From Nemertoderma westbladi (lineage: Eukaryota > Animalia > Xenacoelomorpha), in the NCBI GenBank assembly GCA_032718475.1, contig JAUCBJ010002213.1, forward strand, positions 1 through 41,400: DNA of 41,400 bases, in the 5' to 3' direction. Made by a program: the position numbers and the translations under genes. Within the stretch, counting starts at the first letter, position 1. Each line of letters starts with the position of its first letter. The notes under the pieces are model-generated. The model did not search any database, was not told the origin of the DNA, and saw nothing but the letters and a program-made list of their open reading frames with translations. This document shows, piece after piece, positions 1 through 10,055 of this stretch.

Positions 1-1130
1 ATTACAGTAATCGTTAATCTACTTACACTAATTGTCAATTGGGATGGATTTAGCGACCAGTAAATGCTCAACATTATTTACCAATTAAAAAAGTATAAAA
101 TAACCCCATAAACAAAAAATCAATTAATTCAAAGCAAGGAAAAATTTCGGTACACAAATCCGATGAGACAATCCCACTAATACACTGACCAGGGTCTGAC
201 TCGCTGGTATTTTTCGAATTTAATTAGTAGAACGATCTGGAGCATAGAAGTAAAAAAAGTTTGTACGAAAGTTGTAAATAGATACACACTGTAGAACGTA
301 CGTCCCTTTCCTTTTTAACGGGATAAAGTAATATAATACAAAGCAAAAAACCATTAATTACTATTATTAACAATATTATATGAACACGAAAAATTATATC
401 TTTCCTTTCAACATCCGTCACTAACCTCACTCGGTCGCCTCACTCGGTCATTCTACAATGTAGGCAAGGGAAATAAGGCTGTAAACGCGGGAAAGAGAAA
501 ATATAAGAGTTAAAAAATTATACATTTCAATGGAAATCCCTACTTTTATTTCATAATTGAAATATTTCGACACAAACCGAAACTAAAATACTACAATAGT
601 CGGAATGAAGAAAACATAGGAATTTAAAATAAAATTAGTTAATTTGACTAAAAAAGTAAATCCGCTGGTTCTTGGCAAAAACTATATTATACTAATATTA
701 AAAAATCAACCAAGTTTGGCGGCATGGCATCATGCATGTCGTATTATGGCATGTAAATCATTAATTGTAAATTATTTGTCTACTTATGTTTTCGTTTTAT
801 ACAATGTTCATAATACGGTATATAAATAATATAACGATAAAATACCCCAAATGAGAAAAGAAAATTACTTAGCAATTATTAAAAATATAAAATGATACAT
901 TGGCTTGTTGGAAAGGGCACGTTAATAAAGTATGTTACGTGTTGTGTGGAGGGGGGGGGGGGGGGGGGGGGGGATGAGTAGTTATTTTATGTATAATTAC
1001 AACTCATTAATGGGATACAAAGTATTGTGGTTTGCAATGTTGCAAGGTGCCATTAATTGCTTAGAGGTTTGAATATCAGGAAATAGCTGTCGAACTTTAT
1101 TTGACATGTAATAAAGTACGAATATGTACT

Positions 1131-3161
1131 TTATGGAGGAGGTGCGTATGATTGGTTACAATATGGTGGGTAATTTGCAGTATTCGGAATCTGAGACGAT
1201 GTTGGTGGAACATTACCCGTATTAGTAACTAAAGGTTGCGGATATGGTGCCTGGTCACTCATTCCCTGAGGTTGATAGGGGTGCCTGGTTAGGGACGCCT
1301 GCTGGTGAGCGAACGGATAAGGAGCAGACCCTGGTTGCGGTTGGGTAAACGCCGGTGGGTTGTTGTGATTGACACCCGGGGGCATTGTGTATCCTGGAAC
1401 GGGGGGCGCAAACATTTGTTGGTTAGCTGGAACTCCAGTAGGCGGTGGTGTGTGCCCAGGGGGCTGGTTGGATGGTTGGAAGGAGGCTGCGTCCTCACCT
1501 AGGTTATGGGTACCAGTAGTATCCCCGGGTAACGATGAAACGTTTACGAAATCAGTCGGAGGTTTAGCTTTAATTCCTCGTTTAGCCATCCAGCCGGTTA
1601 TTTGATCCGGAATCTCGGCTAGAACTTCTTTAGCCAGCTTCGCTTTGCTAATGGCAGGATCACCCCTACCTCCTCCGTTGAATTCCCTAAATGGTACGAA
1701 TTGAACGATATCGCGCTCTGCTTTATGTCCTGATTGATCTGTTAGCACACTGTTATCAGCATCTAGAACCTCCATTGCTTCAAAGTCTGCAGGTCCAACT
1801 CCAACTATAATAAGAGACATAGGAAGTACTGAAGCTCGAACAATAGCGGCTATTGTGTTGTCAACATCAGTAATAACTCCATCGGTAATTATTAGGAGAA
1901 CGTTGTATTGAGAGCCGTCAACGCAAGTCTGGCATTGTCGAGCGACGTGGTTAATTACAGGGGAGAAATTAGTTGGGCCGTAAAGTCGAACGGTTTGTAG
2001 GGAGTATTGATAGGCTTGTATGATTCCTTGGACTCCGGATACAACGGGGTTCGTTTGGGATCCGTTGAGGTAAAACTCGTGGCTCACATGGCCGGACGAC
2101 AACATTCCCCCGAAACCCAAACAGGGAAACATTTTATCCGTGTCGTAATCCTGGATGATATCGCCAACCGCATTCAACGCCATCATATATTGGTTTGGTT
2201 CGTATTGATTGATGTAATGCAACGAGGCGGGTGTTCGTGGGTCGCCGTTCGAAGCCGTAAAATCCACAGCGACGGTGAAGTTTAATTGCATTCCGCCACG
2301 GATATAATCAAGGAAGGATTGTATCTGACTTATGGAGAAGTTCACCACCTCAAGAATCCCAGAATTCTTGTACTTCCTGCTCTTGTGTTTCTTCTTTGGG
2401 TTTATAAACTCGAAAGAACGCTGAGATTTGGATTTTATTTCCTTCATAGTTGTAAAACATTCACCTATATATTCATGATTTCCGCTACTATTCCAATCCC
2501 AACACTCAACCTTGATTTGTCGATCATAATCGCTGTTACACAATTCCGATAATTTAATAGAAAACGGTCGCCATGTTGGATTCAATGTATTTTTTATCAC
2601 TTCCGTTTTATGCGCAACAACTTTAGCATCTTGTGTCGAACCAATTCGATAAAATATTAAAAAAGGATCCGATTTACCAAAGAAATCTTTCTTGTCTAAA
2701 TTTTTAGCCTGAAGTTTAAGATGAACAACTTCTTTGCTCTCCGAAATTTCTTCAATATAAACTCTAATTTTCCCTTTACCTCCCCCAACCAATGGCTTTT
2801 CTTTGGTTCCCCCTCGACTGCTGACAACCTCGCCGATAGTGAACTCGGCTCTTCCCAAGAAGTCGTGGTTAGATAACACAGCGGAAGAACTATCGACGTC
2901 GTAAATCTCGAACTTTAATGTTTGTTGTTCTTCAAAAAAATAATCCATAACAAACTTGTGGGAGAACTTTGGGTTGAGGCAGTTCTTTACAACTTCTGTT
3001 CTGCTATGTTCTTTGTATTGCATCAAACCAAAACCTTTGGTGTATAAAACGCAGATTGGGTCGGATTTGGAGAAAACATCTTTATCTTGTAGGTTGAAGC
3101 ACGATACAGATATATCTATTCGTGACTTCGGAGCAAAATTTCCATTTGGTAGATAAGCCAT
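1131..3161 (-). CDS. CPNE: Copine (C2A-C2B-vWA calcium-dependent phospholipid-binding protein), intronless CDS, with a Pro/Gln-rich C-terminal tail
   Basis: 676-aa ORF with copine motifs: DKDVFSKSDP (C2A), NLDKKDFFGKSDPFL and KNTLNPTW (C2B), then VAVDFTASNG, LYGPTNFSP, LLIITDG, PMSLIIVGVG and RDIVQFVPF (vWA). The paralogue number cannot be assigned by eye. Confidence 0.96.
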   Translation of the reverse strand: MAYLPNGNFAPKSRIDISVSCFNLQDKDVFSKSDPICVLYTKGFGLMQYKEHSRTEVVKNCLNPKFSHKFVMDYFFEEQQTLKFEIYDVDSSSAVLSNHDFLGRAEFTIGEVVSSRGGTKEKPLVGGGKGKIRVYIEEISESKEVVHLKLQAKNLDKKDFFGKSDPFLIFYRIGSTQDAKVVAHKTEVIKNTLNPTWRPFSIKLSELCNSDYDRQIKVECWDWNSSGNHEYIGECFTTMKEIKSKSQRSFEFINPKKKHKSRKYKNSGILEVVNFSISQIQSFLDYIRGGMQLNFTVAVDFTASNGDPRTPASLHYINQYEPNQYMMALNAVGDIIQDYDTDKMFPCLGFGGMLSSGHVSHEFYLNGSQTNPVVSGVQGIIQAYQYSLQTVRLYGPTNFSPVINHVARQCQTCVDGSQYNVLLIITDGVITDVDNTIAAIVRASVLPMSLIIVGVGPADFEAMEVLDADNSVLTDQSGHKAERDIVQFVPFREFNGGGRGDPAISKAKLAKEVLAEIPDQITGWMAKRGIKAKPPTDFVNVSSLPGDTTGTHNLGEDAASFQPSNQPPGHTPPPTGVPANQQMFAPPVPGYTMPPGVNHNNPPAFTQPQPGSAPYPFAHQQASLTRHPYQPQGMSDQAPYPQPLVTNTGNVPPTSSQIPNTANYPPYCNQSYAPPP

Positions 3162-3869
3162 TGAAATTCAAATACATTAAAATAAAAGAGCCCGGTACAA
3201 TTATAACGGTATAACATAAATAAAACAATCAAATTAAAAACTTTGAATTAGGGCTACCGGCAGACCGGTATCAGTATATCTACTGATCTATATGATGCTC
3301 CTGATCCAGCCAGATCCATACCTGTACCGGTACACTACAGCACTATTTAATTGATGATTCACTATTAAAACAATTTCTAATTTATTCCTATTTGTGTATG
3401 TACTTCCAATACCAACCCAAGCACCAGTCTGCTGCAGGCGGGTCTTACTGTCCTATAATTGGATGCGATCCTTGATACTCCGATAATCCTTGAGAGTTGT
3501 CCTTGATACCCAGATTTCAAAGTACCATCTCATTCTCATGCTCAGATGCTGTCAGGTATGTACAATGAATGTGTAATGTAGACCTAGCTGTATAGGCCTA
3601 GTTCTGTCTGTAGTTCAGGTAATCCACCAAAGCGGAGTAACACGACGTAGTCAGTAGCAGTTATATTTCTCCACATATCGCATCAGGGCCATTCTGCTAT
3701 TCAGCTATTGATGTGTTTTCTGGAGTGGGTAATATTTGGTCGGCAATCGTAATAAATAATAATATAAATAAAGTAATAACATAAAGTACTCGATAGTAAT
3801 AAAAAGTACGTTACGGTATTAAAAACTATGGTATAAAAAGTGATAATATAAAATACCTAATAATAATAC

Positions 3870-4143
3870 ACCTATAAAGTAATTATAAAATAATAAAATT
3901 TGTTGTGCATCTTTAAACAAATTACCGGTATAAAATAATACATAGAAACTAAATAACGCTTGACTTCTAATGACTTCTAAAGGACATAACAAAAGGGACT
4001 AAATAATTTATAAACAAAAAAAATATAGAAAACAATTCATGAAAGCAACAGATAATTGAAAACTAATTCTAGAAATAGATTCACCATAATTTTTTACCCC
4101 AGGATGTGTATGTTTACCATTCAATCTGGTTACCGGTGTCACA
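3870..4143 (+). repeat. Dispersed repeat, copy 1 (copy 2 at ~20857-21133)
   Basis: Long shared blocks such as catagaaactaaataacg, aatatagaaaacaattcatgaaag, acagataattgaaaa and atgtgtatgttta occur in the same order at both loci. Confidence 0.8.
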
Positions 4144-4705
4144 GTCGAAATTGCCCCCCTGTAGAATACGCCCCACCCCCCCCCCCCCCCCCCCCGCGTT
4201 ATGACCCCTCGAGTATACTCGCCTAGCGCGTAATGACCCCCCGAGTATACTCGCCTAGCGCGTAATGACCCCCCGGGTATACTCGCCTAGCGCGTATTGA
4301 CCCCCTTTCGCGCCAAATGCCCCACCCCAACTGCAAATAATTATGATAAGATTCAGAATTAAGATACTAAATAAGCTCTGACAGTTCAGCAGTTAACGGT
4401 AATGGTAGGGTTGCGAATTAATATCCCGCCTCAATGTTAAAGTCTCAATTTAGGGAAAGGAGCCTGTTACAGTGGCACGTTATTTTAACCAAAACAATAA
4501 ACTAAACACAATAGAACAGGTTACAGTTTTATTTTTGAGAATAATCAGCTGTTATTTGCGTCGAATTTTCCCTGGAGAGGGATGAATTTTTATTGCGTCC
4601 AGTCCCCCACCCCCTATATGGGCATTCGTGGGCTATCTTGTATAATTAAATTGAAATCGAACCTTGCTCTTAATTCAATTCAAGTTAAGAGCCAGACTTC
4701 AGACT
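4137..4705 (+). mobile_element. Probable left end of a Ginger-like DNA transposon relic
   Basis: CCGG|TGTCACA at 4133-4143 matches the TGT terminus and CCGG target site described for Ginger1. It is followed by 32-bp subterminal repeats, and the duplicate of this segment at 15224-15648 runs directly into a Gypsy/Ginger-type integrase fragment. Confidence 0.5.
4196..4305. repeat. 32-bp tandem repeat, about 3.5 copies, with palindromic core CGAGTATACTCG
   Basis: The unit gcgcgtaatgaccccccgagtatactcgccta recurs with period 32 (atgacc at 4201, 4233, 4265). Confidence 0.9.
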
Positions 4706-4850
4706 GCGGATCCAGCATCCAGGGGGGGGGGGGGGGGGGGGGGGCACGGGGGGGGCACATGCCCCCCCCCCGGCAATTTTTGAACTATGACTGTAAGCAC
4801 TAGCGTACCGAGGGTGGTGGCCATGTATGGCTATAGCCACCCCCTAGGAA
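4706..4850. mobile_element. G/C-run-rich MITE-like terminal fragments
   Basis: gcggatccag-polyG-gcacggggggcacatgccccc and ctagcgtaccgagggtggtggccatgtatggctatagccacccc are short self-complementary GC-rich ends typical of non-autonomous DNA elements. No partner ends were identified. Confidence 0.35.
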
Positions 4851-6542
4851 AAAAAGAAAGCATACTGAAAAACGAAGTGAAAAAATAAATAATAAAAACA
4901 TTAAAGATCCACATTCCAAATTTTCTGTAACAAAGGCATTTTTCTAAACTGAAAGCATCGCATTGCAGCATTGTAACCTGGCTGGTTAAGAGCTAGGGCC
5001 AAGATCCTTGGGGATGGGGGTAATATGAAAATATCCCTTGGTAGTATTATATCAGTTGTGGCCTTCTGGCTGGCCACAAATGGGAAATACATTGTTCTCT
5101 TGTAAGGAGAAGTAATTGATTCGAGTCACAACTAATTATGTCATAGGGGGTACAGGAGTCAGTGGGCTCTGTGCTATTTGCTGTATATTAGTTTGGGGTG
5201 CCTTGTATTCCGACAGCGACAGACCACTAACAAAGAAAAGGTATAAAATAGCATGTGTAATGGCTCTTAGCTTAAGCCGCCCCAGCATGTAAAACCAATT
5301 ATCTGCTGTGGAATGGAATTCCCCGAAATTTACTAAAGTCTCCCCAAGAAATTAGACAGCCAACTAACCCACATACAGGAGGCCGTGGTCTCCTGGCACT
5401 GGACTGGCCTGTTCGCGCTTTCAGACCTCTAGCAGTTTAACCTGCCAATTTTAGGTGTCCTCTTGTTTATAAATCGACTTTAGCCTATAACAATTATTTA
5501 ATGCACATGAAGTAACATTAGCCGAAGCCAGTCTATGCGCGATCATTCACCTACAGTTAAGGGAGACTGGATTCGGATGCTTTGACCTTATTGCGTTGCA
5601 GACCTACTGTATTATTCGATTGATTGTTACTATATAATCTCTGACAATATTCTTCACTTTCAGGGAAATATTAACAGTTCCTTTAGGACGTGGCGCTTTA
5701 AGTATAAAACAGAGTTATGACTTATACTAAACACAACGAGATGGCTAATGATTTTCGTAAATAGCGCATTCTTTAGGAGATGCTTTATTATCTGTCACAC
5801 TGCTGCATATGATTTCACACTGCTGCACACTGATCTGCCGACCGTCACTGAATTTGATCATATATAAGGAGGATAGCAACTGACACATGTAGGGATTATG
5901 AAATAGCATTTAATGCACACTAAAACCACTGTAATGTAAGTCGCAATTGCTACCGGTAACCGGTCCCTCTAACCTTTAGTAATCAAGAAGATTGGGGGGT
6001 TTTATGATTATTTATCGATATTCTCCAAATATAACAACATATCCATCAACATATAACCATTAATAACAGACAGTAAACAGAAGTAAAATAATGCGGTGAT
6101 AGTCAGCCAGTTGACCAGTTTGTTGCACAGTTGCGCAGTGCAGGTGATCGGTTGACAAGTTGACAGGTGCAGTGTCGGTAGTACCGGTACCGCAGTTGGT
6201 AGGTGCAGCCAGATGCAGAGTTTGGTTTGCAGTTGTTCAGGTGGCCAGTGATTCAGATAATAGATTTACGTTCTTGTAATCAAAGCCGTCTAATGTTGGC
6301 CAAAGTCTGAAACTTCTAACACAGAAGTAGAATCATTTCCAAGCAGTTGTTCTCGCTCAGAAAGGTAAACAAAGACCGTCATGCATTGCGCGGTTTTCCG
6401 TAGGCCTCTGTGCAAAATAAAATGAAAATCGCTCTGATTGGTCGAGCGAGCCGAACAAAGAAAGTTAAGAAAGCTTCACATCGACAGCAAATCAGCTGAC
6501 AGATTTCGTCATCTGAACTACACTCTATTTAGAGTATTTGGC

Positions 6543-6680
6543 GTATTGCGGAATAAAATGGCTTGTTATGTCCGCTAAAACACCTACAGGGTACATTGCG
6601 GAGAAAATGGCTTGTTATGTCCGCTAAAACAACTAAACAGTTCATTGCGGAGAAAAATGACTGGTTATATCCGCAAAAGC
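6543..6680. repeat. ~51-bp tandem repeat, about 3 copies, downstream of the extra ORF
   Basis: attgcgga-aaaatggcttgttatgtccgctaaaaca occurs twice, plus a diverged third copy. Confidence 0.8.
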
Positions 6681-6765
6681 TTTTACACCGCTCCCAGAAA
6701 ATGGGATTTAATTCTATAAAATATAAAAAATCACAGTTTCTAAAATATAAAAATACTCTAAACAG

Positions 6766-8317
6766 TTAGTCTTTCTTACGCGAATGGCATTTACGCAGTT
6801 TTTTGAGGCTAGCGAGAGTCCTTTTCTCTTTGGGGCGAGCCACTTTACTAGGAGGGCTATAACTCCTGGGTGAAGGGTGCAATACCATTGCATCAGAAGG
6901 TTTAGGGTTACGGTTGGTGTGTCCGCCGGTCGAGGTACCCGGTTGATCGGTATCAACCTCAGTGGAATGAGGTCGAACAACCTTGAGAGCGCGTTTTAAG
7001 ACAGCAGCTCTTACTGGTTCCTGACGGGTCGTTTGCACGAGAGCGGTAGGTGGACTGTGTGTAGTGAGAAATGTCCTCGGTTTGATGGTTCTTTCCAACT
7101 CGCGTTCTCGGGCTCTATCGGAATCAATATGGTTCTCCTCGAGCTGATTTTCCTCCGCTTGTCGTTGGAAGCATTCGTCCAAAACTCTTGCAGAGAGTAG
7201 GGTCGTCCAAGTTCGATATCTTCTTAGAGATTCTGGATTTCCCGATTGAACTGAGATAAAGCTAATTCGTTTACCGCTTGGACTTGCTGCTACAATTTAC
7301 ATTTCTCTAAACAATCGTAGGTTCCTTTTCTGATCTTTTGTCGAATAGTGTCTAATGCATTGCGTACAACTCTCTCCTCCACCTCGGTGACAGGTTGTAT
7401 CGGGGTTAGATCGGGACGATTATACGGGTTGAACCACGATATTAGGTATCCGAGTCCCAATCCAGCTAGGTAGGATGGGCGAATATCTAGGGAGCCCATA
7501 ACCGGAGTGCTACCAACTAATTGTTCGGGTAACACTAGATCTTTGAACAATGAGTACAGCTCAGGAGGATCCATCATACTATTAGGATCAAGAGTCTGAG
7601 GTCTCACCAGGGAGTGAGGAGGCCTGACCGAGTATTCCGAAACTCTGATCATCGGTTTATTTAAGGATCGTTTGAGTCGAGCGAGCGTAGGTGATACGTC
7701 GAACAAGTTTCGCTCGAAACTCCCGTAAATATAGTGAGTAAAACTGTTTAGCGCAACGTCTCCGCGGATGTTTATGTCTTTCCGTGTGTTGGTTGGGTCT
7801 AGGGCATTCATCGTAATAATACCAAAGACGCACGTCTTGTAGGGGAAACGCGGGTGATCTTTCTCCAGTTTTACAACGTCTCTCTCAAGAATTCCAAATA
7901 TACGTTGAAGTCACTGCGTTTATCCGGTTCTTTAACGTCTTCTCTTTCGAGTTGGTTTCGAATAGAATTTTCGTGTTCGATTCTCAGTTTGTCGTTCCGA
8001 CTCCGCTGGGTATGATATTTAAATAGGATCATTTCCCTTTCGGTGTCTACATCGTCCATATCGTGTAAATCGATAGGATGGCCAGTAGTTAAGAAGTCCA
8101 TATACGTACCATTACGATGCGTATAGCGAGCGGTGAATTTTCTATAGTCCAATTCACGCGTGAGTTGTTCCTTTGACATTGGCGGTTCGATATAACGGCC
8201 ATCGTCCTCCGTAGTGGGTGGACTAGCGTCGCCGCGTATTAAACTATCAACAAACGCTTGCAATGGTAGGGTATATCGCTCCCTGATACCAAGATCATCT
8301 TCTATCAACTCTGTCAT
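6766..8317 (-). CDS. Uncharacterised ~515-codon ORF broken by two single-base frameshifts (joins ORFs 7871..8317, 7290..7811 and 6766..7182)
   Basis: By manual translation, the frame of 7290..7811 is open back to 7910 and overlaps the first ORF across a (GA)n run. The frame of 6766..7182 is open back to 7296 and meets the second ORF at an A-run. The C-terminus is basic (RPKEKRTLASLKKLRKCHSRKKD). No family was recognised. Confidence 0.6.
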
Positions 8318-8731
8318 AGCTGCTATATGAGTTTATCGATATCATAATTAATTATAATTTAGGCTAGCGGTCGTTGCTGCCTCCCCCTCAATGCCCCCGG
8401 ACAGCGCAAGATCCTCAGCGCTGATGTACTGTCGCCGCTGTGTCTATCGCCAACATAGTAGCTACACAACGACAACAACAACCAGCACGAGTCACTCCAC
8501 TGTCCGTCCCAAGGGCTTAGATTTACTTCAGGTTCTTACGGCAGGGTTAGGGCTACTTTCACAACTGCGACTCGCTACTGTAAACACACTTTAGTAGTAA
8601 CATTCACCTATAAACGCACAAATTCCACACAACTGTCACAAATTGTACACACTCGGGCCATTTGTCCGTTAGTCAAGTGCCTTCCAGAATGTCACGTTAT
8701 TATTATGTATCCCTGGATACTAGCAGTGCGC

Positions 8732-8739
8732 TATTTATA
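8732..8739 (-). promoter_or_regulatory. Candidate TATA box (TATAAATA on the minus strand) ~420 bp upstream of the extra ORF
   Basis: Plus-strand tatttata sits in a locally more GC-rich context (gcgctatttataccg), inside the putative 3' LTR. Confidence 0.35.
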
Positions 8740-9130
8740 CCGTATGCTATTCAATGGGGCAAGCCTTTTAGTGTTCTTTTAACTCACTTCTAATTCTAGC
8801 GTGGTTGTTGCCATGGTGACATTATGGAAAACTAGCAGTAGAATTATTGTAATTCTCATGCATACAGATCTGGGATGCTATTTAATAGTAATTCTTTAAT
8901 CGTCAATATTCCCCTTTATACATGATTTTATGAATTTTATCGGCTATTGACTATATATTGGAGATTCTCGCACACTAATACACTTAATAGGGTGAATCTC
9001 CGCTCCCATGATCTATTAATTAATGGAATTTTGGGAATATTATAAATTGTATAAAATATCAATTTATCAAATTCATGAAAGGATATGAATTTAAATTTAT
9101 TCCCGTAAATTTTATTATTTAATATTAAAT

Positions 9131-9530
9131 AGGCGCAATTTTATTCCAGAGCATGTCTGGGGACTGGGATCCTTGATTCTAGGAAATTTGTCTTTTTTAA
9201 GAGTATCGGTAAGTGCTACGATATCTTAATCGACTAGAATTTTAAAGGATCTAATTTTTAACAGATTTTGATTTATAAATTTTCTTGGTTTACAAACTCC
9301 TTAGAGTTTATTTATGTGTATTTACTCTATTATAACATTTGTTTTAATAGATTTTTATAAATATTAACTATGTAATATTGTAATATTAAAAATGGGCACC
9401 GATTTATTCCAGAACATGTCTGGGGACGTTAACCACTGATTCTAGAATTTTGTCTTTCAAGTATATCGGTGGGTGCCGCGATATCTTAATCGACTAGAAT
9501 TACAGATGGTCAAAGGGTTTAACAGATTTA
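9131..9530. repeat. Diverged ~140-bp direct duplication (9131-9270 and 9394-9530)
   Basis: Both copies share tttattccaga-catgtctggggac, tgattctag, ttgtcttt, tatcggt, cgatatcttaatcgactagaatt and tttaacagatttt. Confidence 0.85.
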
Positions 9531-10030
9531 TTTTGCGTTGTACGCTACTGTTAAAGGGACATCACACTACTATAATATGTATTATTTAATATACGGTATG
9601 AGAGCAATATTGCAAGAAGCAATGTCAGTGAGAAGAGGCAAGTCGTTTCCAAGGTCTACCCAGAGCTTGGTTTAGCCGACACACGAGGATCTGAACTTTG
9701 CATTCCTAATACTCTACTTACCAATAATACTTGAGTATAGTAGGAGCTTTATTGTACTTTAATAAGTACGGATATTTCATCTTACTGTAGTCACGCATTT
9801 ATAATATAATACGGACAGTAAGGAAAGAGAAAAAGAATTATTTCTCACCGTTGCACTAAATATATAATATAAGTAATTAAGTAATAAACACGAGTATATA
9901 TTGCACTAATCTACTAAATAATCGCTAAAATAACATTCTACTAAATAAAATTAAAGAAAACGATTATTATAAAATTACATAATAATACATACCTAAATAT
10001 AAAAATAATAAAACAAATATAAAATAATAT

Positions 10031-10050
10031 GGTCACACACCCACTCCAGA
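10031..10050 (-). promoter_or_regulatory. Putative polypurine tract and start of the 3' LTR (GGAGTGGGTG|TGTGACC)
   Basis: A G-rich tract followed by TGT lies just after the stop of the BEL ORF, the usual BEL/Pao arrangement. The matching 5' LTR is not in the window, so this is unconfirmed. Confidence 0.45.
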
Positions 10051-10055
10051 CGCTA

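Noticed and set aside
1289-3156. Short ORFs overlapping copine, and similar ones over PDCD2, POLK and the LINEs
   Set aside because: They are alternate-frame or antisense by-products with no recognisable motifs.
4282-4705. LTR pair with 15224-15648
   Set aside because: No TG...CA ends and no adjacent primer-binding site or PPT. The segment contains MITE and integrase sequence from a different element.
6766-8317. Envelope gene
   Set aside because: No evident signal peptide, transmembrane anchor or Cys-rich ectodomain in the joined translation.
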